A program made the position numbers and the translations under genes. 64,000 bases of DNA from Octopus vulgaris (taxonomy: Eukaryota): NCBI GenBank assembly GCA_951406725.2, contig OX597838.1:23374001-23438000 (forward strand), read 5' to 3'. Below are positions 36,464 to 50,760 of this stretch, piece after piece. Within the stretch, counting starts at the first letter, position 1. The number at the start of each line of letters is the position of its first letter. The notes under the pieces are model-generated. The model saw only the letters and a program-made list of their open reading frames with translations, did no database searches and was not told where the DNA came from.

Positions 36464-36840
36464 GGATCTTTTCGGTTTGAACGGCAGTTTTTTCTAGCAG
36501 TGTCCTATGAAATTGTCACCCATAATTATGACCCTAGTATCGATCTATTGCATTTCAATCTGTTTTAGGGTTAGGGTTAAGGGTGGGGGGAAGGGTATCT
36601 TTTTTTTTCTTCACAAATGTAAATAAACCCAATCTGTTTCTTAAACGAGGGACATATTCATACGGCACAGAATGTTTTTTTTTTTCACCTCAATAAACGT
36701 CAGTGATTGGTTGAAATTGCAGAAATTCAAGAAATAAAGCCAAGAGAAAAAGATGTTTTATAAACACATTCTACCAGTATACGAAGTTTAAAATTTTTTA
36801 GTTACCTAGAAATTATGTTAAAAACTAACCGAAAAGATCC
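36464..36840. mobile_element. MITE with GG termini and ~8-bp TSD (Merlin-like, second family)
   Basis: GGATCTTTTCGGTT...AACCGAAAAGATCC; CTATCCCC on both sides (one extra C on the left); internal TTAGGG-like units. Confidence 0.7.
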
Positions 36841-37039
36841 CTATCCCCAAATAAAAGGTTTTGTGCCTATGTTATAAAGCAGTTATGAGCAACCTGCGAG
36901 TCTTTCTGAATGGCAGGCCTAACAAAAAACTACTTTCGGATTGTTTTTTTTTTTTTAATAGTGTAGCCGCTTCTCGAAAAAGATTGCCCATACTTTAAAA
37001 GCAATATATCTAAATATATTTTAATATATTTCCTCTTAA

Positions 37040-37391
37040 TTTAATTCTCTCGTTCGCGCGCAGACTTTGCTGTCCTCAGACGAGGTCTCCTTTCACTACT
37101 TCTCTCGCTGACCTAAATAAACCGTTAAACGAGGTGTCGAAATTGATAACACCGCTGCCTTTTGAAGAGAATAATAATAATAATAATAAAATATATAAAT
37201 AAATAAATAAAAATTATCGACTGCTTGTGAAGTGTCTCCGGATCGCGTCTAGACGTAAGAATTAAAACACGAGTACTCTCATTTAGCCGTGCGAATTGTG
37301 CAATCAATTAGGGAACCTACTTTCGCTATTCACCGCTTGCAGCATTTACTTTACTCAACGTTGTTGCAGTTGTTGTTAGTGTTGAAGAAAA
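37040..37391 (+). promoter_or_regulatory. Putative promoter / 5' UTR of the ASL gene
   Basis: Repeat-free, locally CpG-enriched segment (cgttcgcgcgc, ggatcgcgtc) directly upstream of an ATG exon with a GTAAGT donor. Confidence 0.5.
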
Positions 37392-37410
37392 ATGTCTGAA
37401 GAACCGACCG
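37392..37410 (+). CDS. ASL: Putative first coding exon of argininosuccinate lyase (MSEEPT)
   Basis: aaaATGTCTGAAGAACCGACCG|GTAAGT; phase 1 fits the 53427 exon. The link to ASL is inferred. Confidence 0.6.
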
Positions 37411-39589
37411 GTAAGTGGTATCTACTTTTGTTATTGTTTGGTGTTTCTTCGTTAATTTTCATAAACGAGATAGAACTACTTTCGGTTCTCTCCCACCCCT
37501 ATGTCTTGCATCGACAAATTCCTATAAAATTTCAATGTGCTCAATATTAACCGACGTCTGCTTCGGGTGGATCCCTCGGTATATCTTAAATAAAACCACT
37601 GCATACGTGCATATATATGTATATATATATATATAATACTTGCATGTGCGTGTGTATAGTTAAGGTTATTTTATTAATTTATCAACGCACTGATATTCAT
37701 AATTAATTCACAGACCGTCGAGGTGTGTTGGTGCTGGGCGTGTTACCTTATTTAATTATTTTCGTAAGCACGAAAAGAAAGAAATCCATACACGTTAATA
37801 TAGAACAGTTCTTAACCTTGGCACAAGGCCAAATGTCTGCGGTAAGCGTGTGTACACGATTGAATTGACTTCAAGGCTTTAATTATTTTTATTTTATTTT
37901 ATCGACCCCCAAAATGATAAAAGGCGAAGTAGATACCGGTCGAATTGGAACTCAGAATTGCTACTGAATGATAATAATAATACTTTCTCTTTTTGGCATA
38001 AGGCCTGGAATTTGATGGGAAGGGGTTAGTCGATTATATTGACTTTATAGTGCAACTGATACTTATTTTATCGACCCCGAAAGGAAGAAATGCAAAGTCA
38101 ACCACGGCGGAATTTAACCTTAGAACGTGAAGACGGACGAAATGCCGCTAAGCATTTATATCGGCGTGCTTAGCAATTTTGCCAGCTCGCCGCCTTAATA
38201 ATTAATGATTTCAAATTGTAGTACTGGGCCAGCAATTTCGGTGGAGGGTGCAAGTCGATTACATCGACTCAAGTACTCAACTGGTACTTATTTTATCGGC
38301 TTCGAAAGGATGAGAGGCAAAGTCGACCACGGCGGAATTTAAACTCAGAATGTGAAGACGGACCAAATACCTATTTCTTTACTACCCACAAGGGGCTAAA
38401 CACAGAGAGGACAAACAAGGACAGACAAACGGATTAAGTCGATTATATCGACACCAGTACGTAACTGGTACTTATTTAATCGACCCCGAAAGGATGAAAG
38501 GCAAAGTCGACCTCGGCAGAATTTGAACTCAGAACGTAGCGGCAGACGAAGTACCGCTAAGCATTCGCCCGTTTCTGCCAGCTCGCCACCTTAATAATGA
38601 TGATAATAACAATAATAATAATAATAATCCCCACTGCCACAGGCACAAGACCTGAAATATTGGGAGAGAGGTCTCGACTCCGAAAGTATGAAAGGTTAAG
38701 TTGACATTGCCAGGATCCGAATTCAGAGCAAAGCAGTTTTTTTTTTTCTGATGCCCTGTCGATGCCATTGATCTCAGCACTTGGCTGGTGTTTTATGCTA
38801 TTGACCCTGTAAGGATTAACGACAAAGTTAACCTCGGTTGGGATTACCGCTAAGCACTTTGTCCGCAGAACGATTGCACCAAAGTACCAACCCTTTTCTA
38901 AACGAAGACAAAATACTTTAAAATTGGTTGCTTAATCGATCGCAGGTATTTCACTGGGGTTAGTTAAATCAACACCAGTATTTGACTAGTACTTTATTTT
39001 ATCGATTTTGGAAGGGTGAATGACAAAATTGACGGCGCGATTTGAACTTTGAATATAAAGAACCTAGAAATACCCCTAAGCGGTTTTCCGACTCTAAACG
39101 ATTTTGCGAATGCATTACCCTAAGTAATAGTGGTTTCTAATTTATAAACACTGCTAGTAATTTTTAAGGGGCTGGCGCTAATCAATTAATTAATTCGATC
39201 TCAGTTCATGGCTGGTACTGTATTTAGCGGAGTTTTGCAATAGCTTTCGGAGAACCAAAAGCGTAAGGAATTGTGTGGATTTTCGTTCTTTCCATAATAT
39301 TTTTTTTAGTATTTCTGTATTTCATACAACGGGAGTCACGATTCTGAAAGAATCTTTTTCTCTAAATATTTCGATTTTTTTCTCTCTTTTCTCTTCACTG
39401 CTCCTCAATACCGCACTGTTTTCCTTCCACATGAGGTAGTGATAGCTATTCCAAAAACTCCGTAGAATTTGAATTCAAAACGTAATTGTCTGAATAAATA
39501 TTGCATGAGATTTTCGTCTGATGATCCAACTTCAACCAGGGCCCAAGTCGTTGGGGGGATAATTCAAAGACGAAATATAAAGGAAAGCT

Positions 39590-40014
39590 GGCAATTTTTC
39601 GTCTCTAGTAGACCTTTCCGTCGATTTCCGTAAAAAATTTTTTTTTTATTTTACATATGGGCTTGCGGGAACTTTTGAAGTAATGAGAGCGAAAGAGACT
39701 AAGAGAAAGCGATTGTATGACGAGGGAAGTTCTTTTGAAGTTACCGTGCATGGGAGCATTGATGGACATGTGTGTGTGTGTGTGTTTGATGGGGTGTGGG
39801 AGACAGACAGTATGTTGTGTAAGTGAAGTGCTTCTGTTAGTGTGTGTGAAGAGACAGAGTAATGTGTGAAAGAAAGAGATAACTGAAATTTTTTACTCGG
39901 TGTATGTGTATATGTATGTATATTACTTCAAAAGTTCCCGCAAGCCCATATGTAAAAAAAAAAAATTTTTTTACGGAAATCGACGGAAAGGTCTACTAGA
40001 GACGAAAGATCGCC
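39590..40014. mobile_element. MITE with ~95-bp TIRs (Merlin-like), copy 2
   Basis: Near-identical to 15152-15570; perfect 8-bp TSD GGAAAGCT (39582-39589, 40015-40022). Confidence 0.92.
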
Positions 40015-40977
40015 GGAAAGCTAGAAACAGTGGGGCGGGGGGGGAGTTACACGGAATAAAATCAAATATCTAAAACACACGTGCATACATACATACATGC
40101 AAACAAAATGTGTCACTGAAGAGGTCACAGATGTGTGCCTACATACATACAAACGAAAAGTGTCGCTGAAGAGGTCACAGATGTGTGACGAAAGATTTCC
40201 GGACAATGGACATGAATTAAAATAATGAAATGAGAACAGTAATAAACGAGTGAAGAAAAAATATATAGTGCGTGTGTTTATTTGGCAAAAAACAAAACAA
40301 AACAAAAACAAACCGACCGTCCCGAAATACTATATATATATATATATATATATATAAATTTACTGTTAAAAAAGTCGGTTGTGCGTGCGTAACATTACTT
40401 AATAAATGAAAAAAAGAATATATATATATAGATATAGATAAGCGCACACGCACTCTCTCTCTCTCTTTCTGTCTGTCTGTCTGTCTCTCACATACATACA
40501 TACATATATACACATAATGTACAGTCCCGTTATTGTTAAGATGAACGAAACCTTAGCCTATCCTGCTGGAGATAAATATCATTTAATAAACACAGGGTTT
40601 AAATCTGAGCTACTATAAGTTTCATATATGTTCGCGCGCACGAACAGACACATGCAAACACGCACTCATACACATGCGAACACGCACGCATGCAATTTTA
40701 TTTCTCTCTCTCTGTATATTTCCTTTATATGCCTTTCTTGTCAATTCCTGTCTTGCACTTTTAGTTTTGTCTGCTGCTTACATTTGGGGCTCCCCTCACT
40801 TGGCTTTTCTCTCTCTCTCTCTTTTATTGTCTGACACTGCACTTTTGTGTGCTGCGCTGCAGACAAATATAATATTTCAGACGTTGAACTAATTATATAT
40901 ATAAAATAAAAAATAAAATAATCTCCCCACCCCGTAGAAAAAAAAAACTGAAGGTTTTTAAACGTTTTTAATATTGG

Positions 40978-41178
40978 CAGTGGTTTTCAACCAGGGTTCC
41001 GCTAGTACAGTCTAGGGGTTCCGCAAGAAGTTACTAAACTGCTAAAATCGGCAGTAATTTTTAATTCTCCTGTGCAGATATGTGTGCATAAGACTATTAA
41101 ATCATTGCACAGGGGTTCCACGAGCCAGTGGAATGTTTCCTTGGGGTTCCGCTCCAGCAAAAAGTTTGAAAAGCACTG
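40978..41178. mobile_element. hAT-like MITE, copy 1
   Basis: CAGTGGTTTTCAA...TTGAAAAGCACTG; same family as 59318-59536. Confidence 0.8.
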
Positions 41179-41964
41179 AATTATGGTATAAGACCAACAA
41201 ATTTAAGGGGAAGATGAAGTCAATTTCATCGACTCCGGTACATGACTAGTATTTTATTTTTATCGACTCTAGAAAGGATGAAAGGCTAAGTTGACCTTGG
41301 CGGGATTTGAACTCGGGACATAGAGCTGGAAAAAAATGCCGCCGATAACGATTCTATCAGCTCCGAAGCATTTGTGGTTATTGTACCTGTGTTTAGTACA
41401 ACTTTTGGGGATTCTTAGGGGAACATTTATATAATTAAGTTGGTGGGTGTTTGTTAGAATTTTAAAAAATGACCGTTTTAGATATTCTTTTTCGCTCTGT
41501 TTACTTATATTATTATCGTGGAGGGATTTAGAAATGAAATATTTTATATCTATGGGCGCAGGAATGGCTGTGTGGTAAGTAGCTTGCTTACCAACCACAT
41601 GGTTCCAGGTTCAGTTTCACTGCGTGGCACCTTGGGAAAGTGCTTCCTACTATAACCACGGGCCGACCCAAAGCCTTGTGAGTGGATTTGGTAGACGGAA
41701 ACTGAAAGAAGCCTGTCATATATATAAATATATATATATACGTTTGTGTGTCTGTTTGTGCCCCCAACATCGCTTGACAACCGATGCTGGTGTGTTAACG
41801 TCCCCGTAAATTAACGGTTCGGCAAAAGAGAGCGATAGAATAAGTACAAGGCTTACAGAGAATAAGTTCTGGGGTCGATTTGCTCGACTAAAGTCGGTGC
41901 TCCAGCATGGCCACAGTCAAATGACCGAAACAAGTAAAAGAATCATAGCATGAGATATATTTTC

Positions 41965-42840
41965 CGATTTTTGTTAAATTTCTTCTGACCACTGAAGTTT
42001 TTCAAATTTTCTCCAGATTATTTTTTCAAATGTACTTCTGATGTGGTTTTGCATTTTCCTACAAATTAATAATTAAGAAGTTACAAGTATTTAAAGTTAT
42101 GTAATTTTAGCCAATCGTAAACGTCCGTTGCCAACGTTGTCAGGGCAACCAGAAGACGAAACCTTTACGTGGTCTCTCGACCTGCTAGAAATAGTAGCTA
42201 AATCTTCCTGAAACTACACCAGAACGTCTAAAAAGAAGAAAAAAAGGGTGACACCTTATATAACGTAGTTAGGGGTACTGGTGTTTCTCACTCCATAATT
42301 AGGGCCCCAATGCAAATTAATGACACTCCTTGTCATTTGTAATCCTACACTGCTGAGTGCGTGTTTGTTATTAATACATACATGTTTATAATTACGTGTA
42401 ATAAACATGTTTAGTGTTACTGTGACTTAAGGGCCATATTAATTTGCGTTGTTGCTCTAATTATGAATGAGAAAAAAATAACAAAATCCTAAATTATGTT
42501 ATATAATGTGTCATCCTTTTTGTGTTTTAGACCTTCTGGTGTAGTGTAGGGAATATTTGGCTGCTATTTCTAGCAGGTCGAGAGTCCACGTAGAGGTTTT
42601 GTCTTAGCTGATTGCCATGACAACAGACGGTTGCAACTCTGATATGCTGGCAATGGACGTTTACGATTGGCTAAAATTACATAACTTTAAATGCTTGTAA
42701 CTTCTTAATTACTAATTTCTAGAAAAAGAAAAAAAAAAGAGTTCAATTTGCGTCTTCGGCATACAAAACTACATTTGTAAAAAAAAATAATAATCTGGGG
42801 AAAATTAGAAAAACTGGTAGATGAAAGAAATTTAGCCAGA
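41965..42840. repeat. Long diverged inverted repeat / foldback element (arms about 41965-42205 and 42550-42840)
   Basis: aattaagaagttacaagtatttaaagttatgtaattttagccaatcgtaaacgtcc is mirrored by ggacgtttacgattggctaaaattacataactttaaatgcttgtaacttcttaatt. Confidence 0.85.
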
Positions 42841-42891
42841 TTCTGTTTTCTCTCTACTCTCTCTTTTAAAGACAAGAAATTTTAGACATTA

Positions 42892-43399
42892 CCGTAAATC
42901 CTCGAGTATAGTCCGCCCTTGAGTATAATACGCAGGGGATTTTTAGGGGGCTGTACTTCTGAAAAACCTAAACCTTGTGTATAATACGCATCCATTCTCT
43001 AACTTGAGTCAAGGAGGTCTATATAACGTCCTTGGTTTGTAAAAATGTATACGGTAACGTCCTCTACTATTATTGTATATATAACAATGCAAACGTGTAG
43101 CTTTTTTGTGCATTTTGTTTGCAGAAAATAAAGAAATAACAGTAATAACGTTTAATAAATGTTGCTTACTGCAAGTTATGGATGATTCTTTTATAACTTC
43201 ATTGCTTTCAGGCTTAGCTTAAAGTATTTTCGCACCCGACATCACAAAATGCGTCTGAATAAACATTGCCGGACAGCAAATATAGACTCGGACATTGCTT
43301 AGAAAATATTTTTCATTTTTAACCTCGTATATAGTACGCACTAGGGATTTTGACCTTTAAATTTTGGGGAAAAAATGCGGATTATACTCTGATTTACGG
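42892..43399. mobile_element. Tc1/mariner (pogo-like) MITE
   Basis: TA|CCGTAAATCCTCGAGTATAGTCCGC...GCGGATTATACTCTGATTTACGG|TG; subterminal GTATAATACGCA repeats. Confidence 0.75.
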
Positions 43400-44255
43400 T
43401 GCATATAAACGGTTGTATATACAGTGATTTTATAGTGCTAAATGTATATACACATATAGACATATCGACATATATGAAGGAGAGTCACCCCACCCTGAGG
43501 TTTCTTCTGTCTTTAAACTTTTAGCATTTAAGCTGGTTGTATCCGGCCCAAATATTCTATCGTTTTATGTTCAAACTCAAGATCTGGCCTCTCACACTTA
43601 CCCTACAATGTCATTCTAAAAATATACCATCACATCATCAGAATGTGAACGCTGTAAGATAATGCATTATTAATTCAGAACATTCTGAATAAGAAACCAT
43701 TATATTTGACAAAATAATTTGAACGCTGATGTGTTAACCTTTCAGCATTTAAACTGACCATATCTGACCTAAATATTCTTCTTGCTTTACGTAGAAACTA
43801 GCCACATTCAGCCTTTTGCAACAACCCTGTACAATGTTATTCTGACCGTAACAATTACATCATTCAATTCTCAAAGCTACAAGATAATGCATGATTAATT
43901 CAAAACAATGTGAGTCAATAAGCGTGACATTTGCCAGAGTAATCTTAATGCGAAAGGGTTGAAAAAATTATCAGGCTGCAGCCCTCTTGGGATATTGCCC
44001 TCAAAGGTTTAGTTGAGTAAATTGATCCTAGTTCTTTTTTTTTTTTCCTAGCCCTGGTACTTGTTCTCTCAGGTTCTTTTTGCCAATGTAAACAAGCCAA
44101 TAGTCACCCAGACAACCGATGGTGGTGTGTTTACGTCCCCGTAACTTAGCAGTTCAGCAAAAGAGACCGGTAGAATAAGTACTAGGGTCGATTTCTTTGA
44201 CTAGTGGTGGTGCTCCAGCATGGCCACAGTCAAATGACTGAAACAAGTAAAAGAG

Positions 44256-44291
<36 letters not shown>

Positions 44292-44329
44292 CAAATGAAA
44301 TAAAATGAAAAGCAGGACACAAAGGATGT

Positions 44330-44423
44330 CGTGGTACATATGTTTCGAGCTTTATAGAACAACTTATTCTTACATCAATGCATAATCGACATAACAGATA
44401 GTTCAAAAGCCCTCTTCAGACGC
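44330..44423 (-). ncRNA. Hammerhead-ribozyme-like motif (Penelope-type), stem I degenerate
   Basis: CTGAAGA-gggcttt...aaagctc-GAAA-catatg-TA; palindromic stem III ACATATGT. Confidence 0.5.
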
Positions 44424-44961
44424 ATGCAATTGCTACACCAAAGACTTGTATCACATTATGAAAGGTTTGAGAAAAAACATTTGGTAGTGTTTATAATGGT
44501 AGGTAAACCGAGTATCACTGGGAAAGTATGTTTGTAAATCCTCACATTTATCAAGTATTCACCCTGAATTTATATATATCCTTAGCACTCCGTCGGTTAC
44601 GACGATGAGGGTTCCGGTTGATCCAAATCAACGGAACAGCCTGCTCGTGAAATTAACGTGTAAGTGGCTGAGCATTCCACAGACACGTGTACCCTTAACG
44701 TAGTTCTTGGGGATATTCAGCGTGACACAGAGAGTGACAAGGCCGGCCCTTTGAAATACAGGTACAACAGAAACAGGAAGTAAGAGTGAGAGAAAGTTGT
44801 GGTGAAAGAGTACAGCAGGGATCACCACCATCCCCTGCCGGAGCCTTGTGGAGCTTGTAGGTGTTTTCGCTCAATAAACACTCACAACGCCCGGTCTGGG
44901 AATCGAAACTGCGATCTTATGACAGTGAGTCCACTGCCCTAACCACTGGGCCATTGCGCCT

Positions 44962-45079
<118 letters not shown>

Positions 45080-48000
45080 GTAGGTAGGTAGGGTAAGATA
45101 GCAGATGTTTCCTGTTGAAGCTCATCAGCTTATTCTATTATTACAGTCTAGTGTATAGTTCCTGTTGTAGTATCGATGCAAAGTACTTATTAATGTTGAA
45201 AATTGTGGAAATATTGCTTGTGTTTCATCTTTAAGACCAAAGCCTCATCAGCAGGGTCAGCACAACTCAGCAGTTTCCAGACAAGATTGCCACTGGTATA
45301 CATGTCAACTCCTTGAAAATCTATGGATGATTTAGCGAATTGCAAATGTGTCTACAAATAATTAAATCTGGCAGCTGTTTAGCAGTGTATCATCAAAAAG
45401 CTCTTATTTCTAGCATTGTAAGGTGTTCTAACACCCTCTGTCATCATCATCGTTTAACGTCTGCTTTCCATGCTAGCATGGATTGGACGATTTGACTGAG
45501 GACTGGCTAAGCGGATGGCTGCACCAGGCACCAATCTTGATCTGGCAGAGTTTCTAGAGTTGGATGGCCTTCCTAATGCCAACCACTCTGAGAGTGTAGT
45601 GGGTGCTTTTACGTGCCACTGGCATGAGGGCCAGTCAGTCGGGACTGGCAATGGCTATGCTCAAATGGTGTTTTTTATGTGCCACCTGCACAGGAGCCAG
45701 TCCAGCGGCACTGGCAACGACCTTGCTCGAATGTTTTTTCACGAGCCACCGGCATAAATGCCAGTAAGGTGATGCTGGTATCAATCACGCTCGAATGGTG
45801 CTTTTTACATGCCACCGGCATGGAAGCCAGTTGGCTGCTCTGGCAATGATCACGCTGAGATGGTGCTCTTAGCGCTCCTCTAGCATGGATGCCAGTCATT
45901 GAATTTGATTTTTATATATGTGTGTATGTATATATGTATATATCTAATATATATATATATATATAATATGTGTGTGTGTGTATATATAATGTGTGTGTGT
46001 TTGTGTATAGACACATATAATTATATGTATGCATATTTAGACAAAAACTTATATATGCATGCACAATTGATATATATATGCTGTACTACTTCTCATAGTA
46101 AGGCTGTAAGGAGTGAAAAGCAGTTTTGGAGGGAAGACAAACTGCTGTGTTTAATAAAAATTAAGATAGCTTCCCATTGCATTAAACTTGTTAACTGCAC
46201 AGCAGGGAAAGAAAGAATTATATGAACAAAATTATATTTTGTTTCTTTATAAATAAAGCAAGAGGGAAGGGGTACCAAACTATTTTGCTTGTATTTTTGG
46301 GTGGGGCCTGATATTTGTCTGTTTGGGAAGTGCTGGATTGCTACTTTTTAAAAAAAATTATTTATTTCAGTCATTAGACTGTAACCACACTGGAAAATTA
46401 TTTTGGCAGGTTTTTATCAATCATATTGTGAGCGCACGCGTGTGTGTGTGTGTATATAATGTCCATATATATTACATTAGCACCCTTTTGAATATGTTTC
46501 AGCAGTGTATGTGATGTGATTTTACATTCGGAAGGAGGACACACAATTTCCTGCAATTCAGACCACCTCGTAGTTCTGGCAGACAAAATGGAAAAGGCAC
46601 TGCCCCAGACGATATTGAGGGCAATGTGCTCGAGCAGCCATTCTGATTCTCAGGGCCTGCATTGCAGATAACCAGTTATTAGTAGGTGTAGTACAATATT
46701 ACTAGAGAATTCATTGGCGTTACCAAAAAAATAACAAGTACTGGGATTGATTCATGTTCAAATAAAATTCTTCAAGGCAGTGCCCCAGCATGGCCCTAGG
46801 TCTCATGACTTAAACAAGTAAAAAAGAAAATTTTTTTTAAAATGAACATACATAGGTGTGGCTGTGTGGTAAGAAGCTTGCCTCCCAACCACATGGTTCT
46901 GGGTTCAGTCTTCTGCTATGGCCTTGGGCCCACCAATGCCTTGTCAGTGGATTTGGTAGGCGGAAACTGAAAGAAGCCCATCGTGTATGTGTGTGTGTAT
47001 GTATATATATTTGTGTGTGTGTCTGTGTTTGTACCCCCCCACCCCCATCATCACTTGACAAGTGGTGTTGGTGTGTTTGTGTCCCTGTAACTTGCTTTTT
47101 TGGCTTGGAAATGGGAGTACTGGGGTTGAATTGTTTGACAAAAACACTTGGAGGTGGTGCTCCAGCATGGCTGTAGTCAGATGACTGAAACATATAAAAG
47201 AATATGACAGGCTTCTGAACAGTTTCTATTTCCACCCATACATTTCACCTTCAAGGCATTTGTCGGCTTGAGGCTGTAGCAGAAGACACTTACCTGAGAA
47301 GCCATGCAATGGAACCAGACAAACCCTGAGACCACCTGGTTGTGAAGAGACCCCGACTGCATAGCAATGCCTGCATCATCATCATCCTTTAATGTCCATT
47401 TTCCATGCCAGCATGGGTTGGACAGTTTGACCAGAGCTGCACCATGTTCCGGTCTGATTTGGCTTGGTGTCTATGGCTGGATGCCCTTCCTAAGACCAAC
47501 CACTTTATACTGTCTTCTTCTTTATGCCTCCAACGCAGAGTATAGGCCACTTATAGTTGAATTCCATCTTGCATAATTTTTCGCTTCTGTACTAATACTC
47601 TGTCACGAATGTCCCCCTTTCTCTAGTTCCTTTTGTGTTGATCTCCGCCACGAGTTCTTAGGCCTACCTCTCCTTCTATATCCATCCAGTTTCCACTGTA
47701 AAGCACTTTTCACTACATTTGGTGTGTCTTTTCTAATTGTGCTACCAATCCACTTTCACTTTTTCTTAAATATTTGCTCCCTAATCGAAACTTGATTTGT
47801 TCTTTGCCATAGCTCCACATTGCTTATGTGTTCGGGCCATCTAATTTTAAGTATACTACGCAAGCATCTATTGATGAATGATTGTATTTGTTTATTTGAC
47901 TTAACTGTTGTTCGCTATGTCTCAGCCCCATACAATAACCCCTTATACTGTACTGAGTGCTTTTTACATGGCACTGTGTAAGTGCTTTTAAGTAGCCCCG

Positions 48001-48170
48001 GTACAGGACTCTAGCAGGCCAATCCCCTTCGCCAGCGGGAGTGGCCCTAACACTTCTGCTGTGGAGGACAGATCTTCTCAAGTACAGCTAGGCACCACAT
48101 ATCTTGGTCCTTTGTCATCTCATCAGAAAGGTTCAGTGTCTCGAGGTTGTTTTGCAGTACTTCATCCCAT

Positions 48171-48555
48171 GTTAAGTTAAGTTAAGTTAAGTTAATTTTT
48201 TGGCTCAAAAAGCAAAAAGCAAGGCCATGTAGGGGGACATGGAGTTATGTACAGGGTGGCGTTCATGCAAAGAGTTCAGGCCATTTGTGGTCAAGGGAGA
48301 CTTTGAACCGAGCGGTCGTCGGCATCTTCAATATCTCGTCCGGCACCTTATTCCACGGATCCGCAACCCAGACAGAGAAAGCCCCTCTCCTTCGATTGAG
48401 ATGAAATCGTCGCAGATAGAGCTTTTCAGAGTGACCCCGCAGCCGACGTTCTGGAGCAGGAGTGAAGAACAGCTCTTTCGAGAGGTTACACTTTCCGCTT
48501 ATGATGTTGTGAGCAAGAATGAGATCACCACGGCGTCGGATCTCCCCTTTCCACC
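48171..48555 (-). mobile_element. CR1-like LINE 3' end with (CTTAA)n tail
   Basis: RRRGDLI...RRLRGHSEKL...RRGAFSVWVADPWNKVP; gttaa x5 at 48171-48195. Confidence 0.85.
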
Positions 48556-49559
48556 ACGTGTTCCATCCACTTTGAGAGATTGGCACTTCTTTACGGAGCT
48601 GTCTGCATCCATCTGCATCACACGACCAAACCAGCAGTCTTCTAAATCGGTGGATATTGAGGTTGTGGTGTACTTGTTGAATAACCTTTTCTTATAGACA
48701 CCTTGTCACACGTTTATGTGCAGATAACCTACTTTCATTTCCTATTATGTCTAGCATACTGTGTGCAGTGAGCCACGCAGAAAGTCTAAGATATTTAGAC
48801 ATGCCTCACTTATGGTTTTCTCACTTGCACACATACACACAAACACGTCCATACACACGCCCGTACAGATACATATATGTACACACACAAACACATAGAC
48901 AAACACACACATGCATGCACACACACAAAGACACACATACACACATGCAGACACACACACACAGTTACATGTGTGTGCATGTATGTATGTCTATAAATAT
49001 GAGTATCATCATCATCACCATGATGATATATATGTTATATATAATATATATATGCATACGTTTATAGATATATATGTATGTGTGTGTATATATATATATA
49101 TATATATAATGTAAATATATACACACACACACAACCGCACATACGTGTATACATAGAAATGAATTTGCTTATATATATACACACATAAGCACACACATTT
49201 ACTGACATTTTTACTCTCTCACCCAATGCACACACACACACACACATTCTCTCTCTCTCTCTCTCCCATACTCTTACACAAACGTGCACTGTTTGTTTTT
49301 TGCTTTTCTTATGCACACACACACACACACACACACACACTGACATTGATACGATTAATACTGTACAAACACACGTGCACACGCAGTCTCTCTCTCACAC
49401 ACACATATACACACATTCATGTACTGTTTTTTTCTCGACTTGCATTGTGTTTGCAGGACCAACTTGTTGGGTTAATCTAACCGACAGCTAAGGGAAGACA
49501 CAGCTACTGTTACACAGCTAGCGAGGACTTCTCTTATATGTGAGAGTGACACATATTAG

Positions 49560-49594
<35 letters not shown>

Positions 49595-49927
49595 GTGCTG
49601 GTAACATATTGAATGTCTGCATCTGTTTAAGATATTTACGTTGATTTAGAACGTTCTGGCATCGGTACATATGGTAATACAATATATGCATGGTTTCAAT
49701 AAAATGGGGGGGAGGGGAATAAATTAAAGATGATAATTATAATTTTTTTTCTACTCTAGGCAAAATTACATTGACCCCAGCGCATAACTAGTACTCATTT
49801 CATTGATCCCCACCAAGAAGAATGAAAGGCAAAGACCTCAGTGGAATTTGAACACAGAATGTAGCAGCAGATGAAATACGACTAATCATTTTGCCCAGTG
49901 TGCTAACGATTCTGTCAGCTCGCCGCC

Positions 49928-49963
<36 letters not shown>

Positions 49964-49985
49964 TTCAACTGGTACTTATTTTAAC

Positions 49986-50560
49986 CCCAGGAGGATGAAA
50001 GATAAAGTTGCAGCAGAATTTGAACTCAGAATGTAAAGACAGATGAAAGACCACCAAGCATTTTCCCTGGCATGCTAATAATAATAATAATGATAATAAT
50101 AATAATAATGATAATGGTTTTAAATTTTGCCACAAGGGCTGCAATTTGGGGGGGAAGGGATAAGTCAATTACATCGACCCCAGGAGGATGAAAGATAAAG
50201 TCGACTGCAGCAGAATTTGAACTCAGAATGTAAAGACAGATGAAAGACCACCAAGCATTTTCCCTGGCATGCTAATAATAATAATAAAGATAATGGTTTT
50301 AAATTTTGCCACAAGGGCTACAATTTTAGGGGAGGGGATAAGTCAATTACATCGACCCCAGGAGGATGAAAGATAAAGTCGACTGCAGCAGAATTTGAAC
50401 TCAGAATGTAAAGACAGATGAAAGACCACCAAGCATTTTCCCTGGCATGCTAATAATAATAATAATAATGATAATGGTTTTAAATTTTGCCACAAGGGCT
50501 ACAATTTTAGGGGAGGGGATAAGTCAATTACATCAACCCCAATGTTCAACTGGTACTTAT
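49986..50560. repeat. Three tandem ~180-190-bp units built from family-B SINE pieces and (AAT)n
   Basis: cccaggaggatgaaagataaagt...gcatgctaataat...gccacaagggct repeated three times with shared private variants. Confidence 0.9.
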
Positions 50561-50719
50561 TTTTATTGTCAGTTCGATGAAATAAAGTAGCTTGCTTACC
50601 AACCACATGGTTCTGGGTTCAGTCCCACTGCGTGGCACCTTGGGTAAGTATCTTCTACTATAGCCTGGGGCCGACCAAAGCCTTGTGAGTGGATTTGGTA
50701 GATGGAAACTGAAAGAAGC

Positions 50720-50760
<41 letters not shown>

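Noticed and set aside
36564-36590. TTAGGG telomere-like repeats
   Set aside because: Only two to three units, internal to a MITE
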